Position numbers and translations under genes: made by a program. From contig JANRLG010000117.1 of assembly GCA_033762835.1 (NCBI GenBank), positions 2,201-66,200 of the forward strand: a stretch of DNA of 64,000 nt, in the 5' to 3' direction. The notes under the pieces were generated by a model. It ran no database searches and was not told the origin of the DNA. It saw nothing but the letters and a program-made list of their open reading frames with translations. Source of the DNA: Thermoanaerobaculia bacterium. Its GTDB lineage: Bacteria > Acidobacteriota > Thermoanaerobaculia > Multivoradales > DATKCC01. Below, piece after piece: positions 37,149-47,244 of the stretch. Each line of letters starts with the position of its first letter. Positions within the stretch are counted from its first letter, which is position 1.

Positions 37149-38974
37149 CGGGTGCCCCCCAGCAATACCCCCCGTAACCCCAGCCACGCCGAAACACTGT
37201 GCTGGACGTAGTCGATGCGCACTTCGTAGTCGGCGAGGCCGCTCCTGAGGCCGCCCAGGGCGCGGTCGGGCCGGGGGAGGAAGAAGGCGTTCTCGGGGGT
37301 GATCTGGCAGCGCAGCTGGAACGCGGCGAAGCGCAAGAGGGCGGCGCGGTAGGGCTCGGGATCGAGCTGGTTGGCCACGGCCAGGCGGTGCATGGCGACC
37401 AGGGCTTCGCCGCGGGTGGCGGTGGGCGTGGCGCGCGGAGGCTCGTAGAAGCCGCCGTTCCAGTCCGGAAACTCGGCGTTCTTGTGCTCGGCACCGAGAA
37501 TGGCCTCGGCGATGCGCTGGGCGTGGGCGAGCAGCTTGGCGTCCTTGGTTTTCGGGTGGACCTCGGCGAGCCCCATGAGCAGCCAATGGTCGTGGGGCAA
37601 CTCGGGCGTCGACTTGGCGGCGTCGCGCACGTCGATCAGCCAGCGAGCGCCGCGGTGGGCGGCTTCCAGGTAACGCTTCTGACCGGTCGCGTCGTGCAGG
37701 CGGGTGAAGGCGAGGATGGCTTCACCCGGGTAGTAGATCGACTCGAAGGGCTCGGCCTTGGCCAAGTCGTAGAAGTACTTCGACTCGAAACGCCCGGAGG
37801 CTTCCTGCAGGAAGAGCATGAACTCCGCGAGTTTGCCGGCGCGGTCGAGCCAGCGGTCGTCCCCGGTGACCTCGCGGTGTTCGAGGATGGCCAGGATCGC
37901 CAAGGCGGCGCCGCCGAGCTTGGCCTCCTCGTCGGGCGGGGCGATGGCTTCGAAAGACCGGTCGGCGTGCTCCGGGCGTGGGCCCTTGACCTGGGTCAAG
38001 AGGTAGTCGACGCCGCGCCGGCCAGCGGCGAGGTAACGCGGATCGTTCGTGGCGCCGAAGAGTTCGAACAGGGCATAACAGGAGCCGGCGTGACGCAGCA
38101 GGTTGTAGCTCTTCGCGACCGCGTCCGTGTCGGCCCGGTAGAGGTAGTTGAAGCGGCCCTCGGGGAGCTGGTGTCGCACGAGGTAGTCACCGCCCGCCCG
38201 CGACGCCCACAGCAGGTCCGCGGCCGTCGGCGTACCGCCGAGGGCGTTGCCGCGATACAGCGGCAAGGCCGGGCCGCCGCCGGGGGTTTCGACGAAGCTA
38301 GCGAACCGCACGCGCTGGAACGGTGCCCCCGCTCGCCCCGGATTGCCCTCGAGAGGTCCGCGGCCGCGGTCGCCCTCGGCCAAGTAGCGGGACAATCGCT
38401 TCGATTGCAGGTCCCCCTCGTCGTCGACCAGACCGCGGGAGACGATCTCGGCGGGCAACAGCAGCAAGTCCTCTCCCGGCAGGTAGAGACCTTCGAGGCC
38501 GGGTTCCAGGTTGACCCGTCCGCGCTCGTCGAACGCTTCAACGGCGCCCGCTGCCGCCAGGACCTCGAGCCGCAGGCGCCCGGCCGCCAGTTCGGGTGCC
38601 GGAACGCTTCGCCCGAGGCCCTCGCTCGCCCGCGCCAGGGCTTCCGCCACGGTCTTGCCGCGGCCCTCCGCCAACCGCGCCGTGCCCTCCGGCTGAGCGA
38701 GGGCGAGGATCAGCACGCGTTGGCCGGTCCCAGGGGCCCCGTCGAGGGGTTCGGGGAGCGGCCCCGGGTCCCGACCGGCCAGAATGTGACGCGCCGCGGC
38801 GAGCAGCCGAGTGCCGTCTTCGGGGCGCGGCGAGGCGATCGCGAAGCCACCTTCCGCCGCTACTGCCGGCCGCTCCGCGGCGAGAAAGGCACGCAGGCCG
38901 AAGTAGGCGGCGACGGCGACGAGGAGGAGCGCGGCGAGGCGCAGAACGGGACCGAAACGGGAACGGGTTTCCAT
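37145..38974 (-). CDS. Membrane-anchored hypothetical protein with (alpha/alpha)6-toroid-like C-terminal domain
   Basis: N-terminal TM; repeats YNLLRHAG, KLGGAALAIL, YYPGEAILA, HDHWLL, RIDYVQH; start ATG 38974, 8 nt after TATCCT. Confidence 0.6.
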   Translation of the reverse strand: METRSRFGPVLRLAALLLVAVAAYFGLRAFLAAERPAVAAEGGFAIASPRPEDGTRLLAAARHILAGRDPGPLPEPLDGAPGTGQRVLILALAQPEGTARLAEGRGKTVAEALARASEGLGRSVPAPELAAGRLRLEVLAAAGAVEAFDERGRVNLEPGLEGLYLPGEDLLLLPAEIVSRGLVDDEGDLQSKRLSRYLAEGDRGRGPLEGNPGRAGAPFQRVRFASFVETPGGGPALPLYRGNALGGTPTAADLLWASRAGGDYLVRHQLPEGRFNYLYRADTDAVAKSYNLLRHAGSCYALFELFGATNDPRYLAAGRRGVDYLLTQVKGPRPEHADRSFEAIAPPDEEAKLGGAALAILAILEHREVTGDDRWLDRAGKLAEFMLFLQEASGRFESKYFYDLAKAEPFESIYYPGEAILAFTRLHDATGQKRYLEAAHRGARWLIDVRDAAKSTPELPHDHWLLMGLAEVHPKTKDAKLLAHAQRIAEAILGAEHKNAEFPDWNGGFYEPPRATPTATRGEALVAMHRLAVANQLDPEPYRAALLRFAAFQLRCQITPENAFFLPRPDRALGGLRSGLADYEVRIDYVQHSVSAWLGLRGVLLGGTR

Positions 38975-39070
38975 GGGGCGGGAGGATAGCCCACCCTTCA
39001 TGAAGATTCGGTTTGGGCGGGATTCCCCCCGCCGGATACACTGCGCGATGTCGACGGGGAAAGGCAGCTC

Positions 39071-40162
39071 ATGAACTCAAAACGTCTGGTGTTCTCACTT
39101 CTGTTAGGCGTCGCTTTCCTGGTGGCGGTCTTCGGACCGCGCTACTGGAATGGTGAGCAGAAGGCGGCAGGCCCGCCGCCGGTCGCGACTCCCGCCGCGG
39201 CGCGGGTCTACCGAGTCACCACCCACACGGTCCGCCCGGAACGTCTGGCCGAGCGCCTAGCTACGAGCGGCACCGTGTTTCCCAGTGAACACGTCGAGCT
39301 CGTCAGCGAGATGGCCGGCAAGGTCCGCAAGGTGCTGTTCAGCGAGGGCGGCTGGGTGGACAAGGGGCAGGCGCTCCTCGAGATCGACGACACCGAGCTG
39401 CTCGCCCAGCAGAAGCGGACCACCTACCGCATCGAGCTCGCCCAGCTGCGGGAGGGCCGCCAGAAAACCCTGCTCGACCAGGGCGTGATCAGCCAACAAG
39501 ACTACGACACCACGGTGACCGAGTTGAACGTGCTCCGGGCCGACTTCGCGGTGCTCGAGGCGCAGCTCAAGAAGGCGGTCGTGCGGGCGCCCTTCGCGGG
39601 CATCGTGGGCCTGCGCCAGGTCAGCGAAGGCAGCTACCTGTCGCCCCAGACCGTGATCGCCACCCTCCAGCAACTCGACCCGGTGAAGCTCGACTTCACG
39701 GTCCCCGAACGCTACGCCGCGAAGGTTCGGGTGGGCGACCAGGTGACCTTCCGGGTCAAAGGCACCGACAGCGATTTCGGGGCGCGGATCACCGCCATCG
39801 AGCCGGCCATGGACGCCGAGACGCGCTCGCTCACGGTGCGCGCCCAGGCGGCCAATCCCGGCCGCCGGCTGGTGCCCGGCGCCTTCGCCGACGTCGACCT
39901 CGTGATTCGCGAGATCGACCAGGCCTTCACCGTGCCCTCGATCGCGATCATCCCGGAGTTGGGCGGAGCCAAGGTATTCGTCATCGAAGGTGGCGTCGCC
40001 CAGCCGCGGCCGGTCGAGACCGGACTGCGCACCGAGGACCGGGTGCAAATCGTGTCCGGCTTGGTCTCGGGCGACCAGGTGATCACCTCCGCGATCCAAG
40101 ACTTGAAGCCGGGCCTGTTGGTCGAAGCGGTCGGGGAAGGCTCGGGGACGGGGGCGCCATGA
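39071..40162 (+). CDS. RND efflux periplasmic adaptor (MFP)
   Basis: N-terminal TM, SEMAGKV, RAPFAGIVG, PGAFA, VETGLR. Confidence 0.93.
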   Translation: MNSKRLVFSLLLGVAFLVAVFGPRYWNGEQKAAGPPPVATPAAARVYRVTTHTVRPERLAERLATSGTVFPSEHVELVSEMAGKVRKVLFSEGGWVDKGQALLEIDDTELLAQQKRTTYRIELAQLREGRQKTLLDQGVISQQDYDTTVTELNVLRADFAVLEAQLKKAVVRAPFAGIVGLRQVSEGSYLSPQTVIATLQQLDPVKLDFTVPERYAAKVRVGDQVTFRVKGTDSDFGARITAIEPAMDAETRSLTVRAQAANPGRRLVPGAFADVDLVIREIDQAFTVPSIAIIPELGGAKVFVIEGGVAQPRPVETGLRTEDRVQIVSGLVSGDQVITSAIQDLKPGLLVEAVGEGSGTGAP

Positions 40163-43100
40163 CGCTGTACAACCTGGCCATCCGGCGGCCGGTTCTGGCC
40201 ACCGTGCTGTCGATCACGATCGTGCTGTTCGGCGCGATCAGCTTCACCTACCTGGGCGTGCGCGAGTTCCCCGCGGTCGACCCGCCGGTGATCACGGTGA
40301 CCGCCAACTACCGCGGCGCCAACGCCGACGTCATCGAGTCCCAGGTCACCGAGCCCCTCGAGGACTCGATCAACGGCATTGCCGGCATTCGCACGCTGAC
40401 CTCGGTGTCGCGTGAGGGCCGCAGCACGGTCACCGTCGAGTTCGACCTCGACGCCGACTTGGAGCGCGCCGCCAACGACGTGCGGGATCGCGTCTCGCAA
40501 GCCCTCGACAACCTCCCGCCGGACATCGATCCGCCCGAGGTCTCGAAGGCGGACGCCGATTCCCAGCCGATCCTGATGTTCGGCCTCCAGAGCGACCGGC
40601 GCAATCTGCTCGACCTCACCCGCGTAGCGGACGAGATTTTCGTCGAGCGCTTGCAGACGATCCCCGGAGTCGCCCGGGTCGACGTCTGGGGCGAGCGGAC
40701 CTACTCGATGCGCCTGTGGCTCGATCCCCAGAAACTCGCCTCGTACCAGTTGTCGCCCATCGACGTGCTCCAGGTGCTCCAGCGTGAAAACGTCGAGTTG
40801 CCGGCCGGCCGGATCGAAGGCAACGACGTCCAGCTGAACGTTCGCACCTTGTCGCGGTTGGCCACGGCGGAGGACTTCAACGACCTGATCCTGAAGGCCG
40901 AGGGCGGTCGGGTCGTCCGCTTCCGCGACGTCGGAACCGCCGAGTTGGGCGCCCGCAACGAACGTACGGCCCTCAAGATGAACGGCAAACCGATGGTCGG
41001 GTTGTCCGTCCGGCCACTCCCGGGAGCCAACTTCATCGAGATCTCGGACTTGGTCAACGAGCGCATCTCCCAGCTGCGCCAGACCATCCCGGAGGATCTG
41101 TCGCTCACCCAAGGGTTCGACCAAACCCGCTTCGTGCGCCGCTCGGTGGCGGAAGTCCAGGAAACCGTTCTCGCCTCGCTGTTGCTCGTCGTGGCGGTGA
41201 TCTTCCTCTTCCTGCGCGACTGGCGCACGACGCTGATCCCGGTCCTGGCGATTCCGGTCTCGCTCGTGGGGGCCTTCTTCGTGATGTACCTCGCGGGGTA
41301 CTCGATCAACGTCTTGACCCTACTGGCCCTGGTCCTCGCCATTGGCATCGTGGTCGACGACGCCATCATCGTGCTCGAGAACATCTACGCCAAGATCGAA
41401 GGCGGCAAGCAACCGCTCGAAGCGGGCATCGAAGGCACGCGGGAGATCTTTTTCGCGGTCGTCGCCACCACCCTGGCCTTGATCGCGGTGTTCTTGCCGA
41501 TCCTGTTCATGGGCGGGCTCGCCGGGCGGCTCTTCCGCGAATTCGGGGTGACGCTGGCGGGCGCCGTGGCCATTTCCGCCCTGGTGGCCCTGACCCTCAC
41601 CCCGATGCTCGCCACCCGCCTGCTCAAACACCGCGCGCAGCCGCCGTGGATCTACCGCGTCACCGAGCCGTTCTTCGAGGGTCTGACCCGTGCCTACGGG
41701 CGCACCCTGGATGGCTTCCTGCGCACGCGGTGGCTGGCGCCACCGCTGCTGTTGGCGTCGTTCCTGGTCATCTACGGCCTTTACCACGCCTTGCCGGCGG
41801 AACTCGCACCGACGGAGGACCGGAGCTACCTGCGGCTCAACTCCCGGGGTCCGGAAGGTGCCACGTTCGCTTACACCGACCGCTTCATGGACGAGCTGAC
41901 GGCGCTCATCGAGCGCGAGGTGCCCGAGCGCCAGGTCATCGTCTCGGTCACCGCGCCCGGCTTCGGCGCCGCGGGATCGACCAACAACGGTTCGGTGCGC
42001 CTGATGTTGATCGACCCGGCGGAGCGCACCCGCAGCCAAAGCGAGATCGCCCGCGATCTCGGCGCCAAAGTGGCACAGTTGGCCGAGGCCCGGACGTCGA
42101 TCGCCCAGGACCCGACGATCGCCCTCGGGCGCCGCGCCGGCTTGCCCATGGAGTTCGTGATCCAGGCGCCGAACCTCGAAAAGCTCAAGGAGGCCCTGCC
42201 CCGTTTCCTGGCTGCCGCGCGCCAAGACCCGACGTTCCCCTTCGTCGACGTCGACCTCCAGTTCTCGAACCCGGAGATCCGCATCGAGATCGACCGCGCC
42301 CGCGCCCGCGACCTCGGCGTCTCGGCCCTGGACATCGCACGGACGCTCCAGTTGGCACTGTCCGAGCAGCGGCTGGGGTTTTTCCAGATCGACGGCAAGC
42401 AGTACGAGGTGATCGGCCAGGTGCGCCGCGAGTACCGCAACGACACGGTCGACCTGCGCAATCTCTATGTCCCCTCGAGCCGCGGCCCGGTGGTGCTCGA
42501 CAAAGTGGTGCGGGTGTCCGAACAGTCGAGCCCGCCGCAACTGTTCCGCTTCGATCGTTACCTCTCGGCCACCGTCTCTGCGGCGCTGGCCCCGGGCAAG
42601 ACCCTAGGTGACGGCATCGAGGCCATGGAGCGCATCGCGGAGGAGGTGCTCGACGACTCCTTCGCGACCCGCTTGAGCGGTCAGGCCCGAGACTTCTCGG
42701 AGTCGAACCGCAGCCTGCTGTTTGTGTTTTTGCTCGCCTTCGTGCTCGTCTTCCTGGTGCTCGCCACCCAGTTCGAGAGCTTCCTCGACCCGTTCATCGT
42801 CATGCTGACGGTGCCGTTGTCGCTTGCCGGTGCCTTCGGCGCGCTCTGGGCCACCGGCCAGACCTTCAACATCTTCAGCCAGATCGGCATGATCATGCTG
42901 GTCGGCTTGACGACCAAAAACGGCATCCTGATCGTCGAGTTCGCCAATCAACGGAAGAGCCAGGGCCTCGCCGTGACGGAAGCCGTCCGCGGCGCCGCCA
43001 CCGCCCGCCTCCGCCCGGTGCTGATGACCAGCCTCTCGACCATCCTCGGCATCCTCCCCATCGCCCTGGCCCTCGGCGCCGGCTCCGAAAGCCGCGTGCC

Positions 43101-43242
43101 CATGGGCATCGCCGTCGTCGGCGGGTTGGTCGTGGGAACGGTGCTGACCCTGTACGTCGTGCCCGCGGTGTACAGCCTGCTATCGCAGGAAGGGGGCAAG
43201 GCGGAGCTGGTGGAGGAGCCCGAGGAAGAAGCGGCGGCGTAG
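40159..43242 (+). CDS. RND efflux permease (AcrB/MdtBC/VexF-like)
   Basis: IRRPVLA, GIVVDDAIIVLENI, TLTPML, KNGILIVEFAN, RLRPVLMT. Confidence 0.95.
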   Translation: MTLYNLAIRRPVLATVLSITIVLFGAISFTYLGVREFPAVDPPVITVTANYRGANADVIESQVTEPLEDSINGIAGIRTLTSVSREGRSTVTVEFDLDADLERAANDVRDRVSQALDNLPPDIDPPEVSKADADSQPILMFGLQSDRRNLLDLTRVADEIFVERLQTIPGVARVDVWGERTYSMRLWLDPQKLASYQLSPIDVLQVLQRENVELPAGRIEGNDVQLNVRTLSRLATAEDFNDLILKAEGGRVVRFRDVGTAELGARNERTALKMNGKPMVGLSVRPLPGANFIEISDLVNERISQLRQTIPEDLSLTQGFDQTRFVRRSVAEVQETVLASLLLVVAVIFLFLRDWRTTLIPVLAIPVSLVGAFFVMYLAGYSINVLTLLALVLAIGIVVDDAIIVLENIYAKIEGGKQPLEAGIEGTREIFFAVVATTLALIAVFLPILFMGGLAGRLFREFGVTLAGAVAISALVALTLTPMLATRLLKHRAQPPWIYRVTEPFFEGLTRAYGRTLDGFLRTRWLAPPLLLASFLVIYGLYHALPAELAPTEDRSYLRLNSRGPEGATFAYTDRFMDELTALIEREVPERQVIVSVTAPGFGAAGSTNNGSVRLMLIDPAERTRSQSEIARDLGAKVAQLAEARTSIAQDPTIALGRRAGLPMEFVIQAPNLEKLKEALPRFLAAARQDPTFPFVDVDLQFSNPEIRIEIDRARARDLGVSALDIARTLQLALSEQRLGFFQIDGKQYEVIGQVRREYRNDTVDLRNLYVPSSRGPVVLDKVVRVSEQSSPPQLFRFDRYLSATVSAALAPGKTLGDGIEAMERIAEEVLDDSFATRLSGQARDFSESNRSLLFVFLLAFVLVFLVLATQFESFLDPFIVMLTVPLSLAGAFGALWATGQTFNIFSQIGMIMLVGLTTKNGILIVEFANQRKSQGLAVTEAVRGAATARLRPVLMTSLSTILGILPIALALGAGSESRVPMGIAVVGGLVVGTVLTLYVVPAVYSLLSQEGGKAELVEEPEEEAAA

Positions 43243-43245
43243 CGG

Positions 43246-43320
43246 AAGGACACCCACGACCGAAACGACACCCACGACGCAGGAATCCGGCGTCGTGGGC
43301 GTCGCTGGCGTCCTTTTCTT
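43246..43320. terminator. Nested hairpin/terminator between convergent RND and SPFH operons
   Basis: GACACCCACGAC twice (43249-43260, 43267-43278), inverted GTCGTGGGCGTC (43292-43303), outer AAGGAC...GTCCTT, followed by TTTCTT. Confidence 0.7.
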
Positions 43321-43326
43321 CTCCCG

Positions 43327-44232
43327 CTACCCCTTCGCCGCCACCAGGGTCTTCAGCAGCTCCCCGCCGGTGCCCGCGGGCACCAGGGTGAGCTTGCCCT
43401 CGTTGGCGGCCAAGCGTTGGATCTCCAGGATCTCGAACATGGCTTTCAGCACGTCGGGATCGGTCGAGATCTTCTGCAGAGCGGCGCCGACGATCTGGGG
43501 GCGCTTGGCCGCGGCACGAGCGAACTCGACGGCGGCTTCGCGTTCGGCGGTGGAGCCGATCACCCGGACCTGGTTGTTGCCGGTCTGGAGGATGGCGGAG
43601 GTCACCTGGCGCAGCCGGTTGACCACCTTCTCCTCGATCTGCTTGATCATTGCCGTGTCGCGGAAGTGCACCTTGCGGACGTACACCGAGCCCAGCTGGT
43701 AACCCCAGTCGTGGGACTTCGGCGAGACCTCGGCGCGCACGGTGCGGCTCATGGCGTGACGATCGGTCAGCATGTGGTCGAGCGAGAGGTTCGACAAGGT
43801 GCGCACCGTGGCGTTCGAGACGTTGGCGCGCAGCGAGCCGCGCGGGTCGGCATTCTTGAACAGGAAGGCCACCGGATCGCTGATCATCATCTCGTACCAG
43901 ACGCCGATGCCCATCGGCGCGCCTTCCTCCGAGTTGACGCCTTGGCTGCGCAGGTACTCCTGGTCGAGGCGCAGGTCGAGCACGTGGCACTGGCCGAGCC
44001 AGTGGACCAGGAAGGCCCTGGCGCCGAGCTTCGCCGGCAGGAAGTGGAAACCTGGCTCGTCGAGCACACCGAGCACTTTGCCGAAGAGCACATAGACCCT
44101 GGCGGTGCGCTCCTGGACGGTGGTGTAGAGACCGAGCTGGCGGACGAGTCCGATCAGGATGGGCACGGCGATGAACGCCGCCACGAAGGCGAACGCCGCG
44201 ATCGCCGGAAACAGCATCATGGCTTTGTTCAT
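43327..44232 (-). CDS. SPFH/band-7 domain protein (second of a pair)
   Basis: N-terminal TM, VQERTARVYVLFGK, PGFHFL, VNSEEGAPM; start ATG 44232 (ATGA overlap), not track start 45333. Confidence 0.85.
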   Translation of the reverse strand: MNKAMMLFPAIAAFAFVAAFIAVPILIGLVRQLGLYTTVQERTARVYVLFGKVLGVLDEPGFHFLPAKLGARAFLVHWLGQCHVLDLRLDQEYLRSQGVNSEEGAPMGIGVWYEMMISDPVAFLFKNADPRGSLRANVSNATVRTLSNLSLDHMLTDRHAMSRTVRAEVSPKSHDWGYQLGSVYVRKVHFRDTAMIKQIEEKVVNRLRQVTSAILQTGNNQVRVIGSTAEREAAVEFARAAAKRPQIVGAALQKISTDPDVLKAMFEILEIQRLAANEGKLTLVPAGTGGELLKTLVAAKG

Positions 44233-45218
44233 CGCGAGGCCTCCAGAATGACGTTGTCGGCCTTGCCGAGAAGCGTCAGGCGGACGTTGCGCAGGTAGGC
44301 GGCGAGGGCCGAGGGGCCACCGTTGGCCTTGAGCTCGGCCAGCTCCTGGGCGAGGGCCAGGAGCGGCTCGACCTCGGCGTGAGCGTTCAGCGTCTCGATC
44401 TCGACGGCACGCTTCGACTGCACCATCTTCTGGTCCGCCGACGCCTGGGCCAGGCTGATGTCCGACGACACCTGGTTGTGCGCCGTGTTGATGGCGGCGA
44501 GCGCCGATTCGACCTCGTGGGGCGGGTCGATGCCGGTGATCAACGAGGCATCGAGCACGATGCCGTAGCGGTAGGTGGAGCTGCGGCACTCGTGGTCCAT
44601 GCGCTCGTTCAGGTCCCGCAGGTTCTTGCGCAGGTCGTTGATCGAAACCCCGACCGCCAGGGTCGGCTCGAGCCCCGGTGTCGACGGCGAGCCGTCGGGC
44701 GCCGTGGGCGCCTCGAAGTTGGCGATGCGCTCGCGCAGGATCGAGATGAAGTAGCCCATGACGTGGGCGATCGGGTTCTTGACGCCGAACAGGTAGGGAT
44801 AAAGCATCGACTCCGAGACGCGGTAGCGGATCTGCCCGGTGAGTCCGGTGATCAGCTGGTCCTTGGTCACCGCCTCGAGTTGGGTACCGTTGCGATTGGC
44901 CCCCGGGTTCTCGGGGTCGAAGGCCATGTTGAGCGTCTGGGTGGCGACGCTGACCTTGTAGACCTTCTCCCACGGCAAGCGGAAGTAGGGGCCACCCGGC
45001 GGGAGGACTTTCATTTGGGGCCAACGGTAGCGTTCGGCTTCTTCGGCCGACATGCCGGCGTCGGTCGGCGGCGGCAAGGGGTCCGAAAGTCTCTGAGCTC
45101 GACCGAAGACCGTCTTCACGGCACGTTCGTTCTGGTTGACGGTGAAGAAACCGAACACCAGGTAACGCACCAGAAACCAGCCGACGAGGCCCAAGAGCAC
45201 TGCTCCTAGTATCGACAT
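44229..45218 (-). CDS. SPFH/band-7 domain protein (first of a pair)
   Basis: RBS AAGGAG, N-terminal TM, VNQNERAVKTVFG, GGPYFRLPWEKV, AVTKDQL, IDPPHEVESALA. Confidence 0.85.
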   Translation of the reverse strand: MSILGAVLLGLVGWFLVRYLVFGFFTVNQNERAVKTVFGRAQRLSDPLPPPTDAGMSAEEAERYRWPQMKVLPPGGPYFRLPWEKVYKVSVATQTLNMAFDPENPGANRNGTQLEAVTKDQLITGLTGQIRYRVSESMLYPYLFGVKNPIAHVMGYFISILRERIANFEAPTAPDGSPSTPGLEPTLAVGVSINDLRKNLRDLNERMDHECRSSTYRYGIVLDASLITGIDPPHEVESALAAINTAHNQVSSDISLAQASADQKMVQSKRAVEIETLNAHAEVEPLLALAQELAELKANGGPSALAAYLRNVRLTLLGKADNVILEASR

Positions 45219-45279
45219 CGTTTTTCTCCTTCAAGAGAGTCGCGCCCAGGCTATCACCCCAACTTGACGGGAGCCGGAC

Positions 45280-45293
45280 CACCCCTTCGGGTA
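45280..45293. promoter_or_regulatory. Candidate NarL/LuxR-family binding palindrome
   Basis: CACCC-CTTC-GGGTA (TACCC-N4-GGGTG on minus) between the divergent SPFH and two-component operons. Confidence 0.45.
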
Positions 45294-45331
45294 GCGCGAA
45301 GCTCCCGGCAGGCGCTGCTACACTCGGCGCC

Positions 45332-46558
45332 ATGAATCTAAACGCCGAAGGGCCTCAAAAGGGTCAGAGTGGCAGCGCGGAGTTCCTCGCGCTGCACCGC
45401 GCGGCGCTCGACTTGTATGGCCAGACGGACCTGTCGCTCGACGCCGTACTCCAGCGCGTGGTCGATCAGGCCCGGACGCTGCTAGGCGCCCACTACGGCG
45501 CGTTGTCCGTGCTCGACGGTCCAGGCGGGGCGATCCGCGTGTTCGTCACCTCCGGCCTCTCGACCGCTCACCGCGCGGCCATCGGCCCGCCCCCGGTGGG
45601 CCGCGGGCTGCTCGGGGTGCCGTTACGCGAGGGACAGTCGCTGCGCGTCAACGACATGGCGGCGGATCCGCGGGCCGTGGGTTTCCCGGCCAACCATCCG
45701 CCCATGAAGACGCTCCTGGCGGTGCCGGTCGTTTGTCGCTCCCGCTACCACGGCAACCTCTACCTCTGTGATCGCCTGGGGGAAGACCCTTCCTGGCGAC
45801 CCTCGGACGAAGAGACCCTCATGCGTTACGCCACGCTCGCGGGGGTGGCCATCGACAGCTCCGACGTGCACGAGCAGTTGGCCGTCTTGGCGGTCGCCGA
45901 GGAGCGCGTGCGCATCGCCCGCGAGATGCACGACGGCATGGCTCAAGTGCTCGCCTACGTCAACACCAAGGCCCAGGCGGTGCGGGAGTTTCTGAAACGG
46001 GGCGCGATCGACCGCGCCACCGAGCAGCTGGACCAGCTGGCCGAGGCGGCCCGCGGGGTGGCCACGGACGTGCGCGAGGGGATTCTGGCGTTGCGCACCG
46101 AGCTGTCTCCCGACTTCCGCTTCTCGGCCGCGGTCCGCAGTTTCGTCCAGGGCTGGGAACGGCAGGGAGGCATCCGCGCCGAGCTCGACATGCCCGCCGA
46201 TGTCGGCCTGACCCTCGCCACGGAGCTCCAGGCGCTGCGCATCGTCCAGGAGGCTCTGTCCAATATCCGAAAGCACTCGGGAGCCAACCGCGCGTGGGTC
46301 GTCGCCCGGCCGGTCGGCAAGGACCGAGTGGTCATCGAGATCCGCGACGACGGCCACGGTTTCGATCCGGATCGTTTGGCCCGTGCCGACGTTCCGCGTT
46401 TTGGTCTCGCGATCATGAAGGAGCGGGCGCTCTCGATCGGTGCTACGCTCAGGCTCGAATCGAGTCCCGGTCACGGTACGAGCGTCATTCTCGACGCTCC
46501 GCGGGCACCGTCCTCCATGACCGCGGGGGAGTTTGATGCGGATTCTGATCGCGGATGA
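45332..46558 (+). CDS. Cytoplasmic GAF-domain sensor histidine kinase (HisKA_3)
   Basis: GAF (GRGLLG, GFPANHPPMKTLLAVP), REMHDGMAQ, QEALSNIRKHS, DDGHGF, FGL; no TM. Confidence 0.92.
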   Translation: MNLNAEGPQKGQSGSAEFLALHRAALDLYGQTDLSLDAVLQRVVDQARTLLGAHYGALSVLDGPGGAIRVFVTSGLSTAHRAAIGPPPVGRGLLGVPLREGQSLRVNDMAADPRAVGFPANHPPMKTLLAVPVVCRSRYHGNLYLCDRLGEDPSWRPSDEETLMRYATLAGVAIDSSDVHEQLAVLAVAEERVRIAREMHDGMAQVLAYVNTKAQAVREFLKRGAIDRATEQLDQLAEAARGVATDVREGILALRTELSPDFRFSAAVRSFVQGWERQGGIRAELDMPADVGLTLATELQALRIVQEALSNIRKHSGANRAWVVARPVGKDRVVIEIRDDGHGFDPDRLARADVPRFGLAIMKERALSIGATLRLESSPGHGTSVILDAPRAPSSMTAGEFDADSDRG

Positions 46559-47189
46559 CCACGCACTCTTTCGGGACAGTCTCCGGAGTCTTCTCGCCGC
46601 CCGTGACCACGAGGTGATCGGGGAGGCCGGCGACGGACCCTCGGCGGTCGCTTTGTGTCTCGAGCTCCAGCCCGACGTGGTGCTGATGGACCTACGAATG
46701 CCGGGCGGCGGCGGGCTGGCCGCCCTGCGCGAGCTGGCCGCCCGCGGCGCCGAGGCGAAAGTCATCATCTTGACCGCCTCCGATGACGAGGCGGACCTCT
46801 TCGAGGCGGTGAAGGCGGGCGCCCAGGGCTACCTTCTGAAGGACCTCAAGGCGGACCGCTTCTTCGAATTGCTCGAGGGCGTCGGCCGCGGCGAACCCGC
46901 GATCACTCCCGCCCTGGCGCGCAAGCTGCTGTCCGAGTTCGCCCGCCCGAAGAGTTCGACAAGGACCAACCCCGACGCTCTGACCGAGCGCGAGAGCGAG
47001 GTCCTCGAGTGCATGGTGCGCGGCGTGACGTCCAACCGCGAGTTGGCGGACGACCTCGGGGTGTCCGAAAACACCGTCAAATTCCACGTCCGCAACATCC
47101 TCGACAAGCTGCGCCTGCACAACCGCGCGCAGGCCGTCGCCTACGCCCTGCGCCATCACTTGGTGCCGGGCAGCGGCGACGGGGCCTAG
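46536..47189 (+). CDS. NarL/LuxR family response regulator
   Basis: ADDH, VLMDLRMP, GYLLKD, LTERESEVL...TVKFHVRNILDKL. Confidence 0.95.
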   Translation: MRILIADDHALFRDSLRSLLAARDHEVIGEAGDGPSAVALCLELQPDVVLMDLRMPGGGGLAALRELAARGAEAKVIILTASDDEADLFEAVKAGAQGYLLKDLKADRFFELLEGVGRGEPAITPALARKLLSEFARPKSSTRTNPDALTERESEVLECMVRGVTSNRELADDLGVSENTVKFHVRNILDKLRLHNRAQAVAYALRHHLVPGSGDGA

Positions 47190-47244
47190 ACGCTCGCGGC
47201 TGCAACCCCGCCCCGCCATCGAGATTCGGGGGCGAGCGACCCTT

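Noticed and set aside
43327-45333. Track ORF of 668 aa suggesting a large SPFH fusion
   Set aside because: The N-terminal part is an off-frame overlap of the upstream SPFH gene; the real start is ATG 44232
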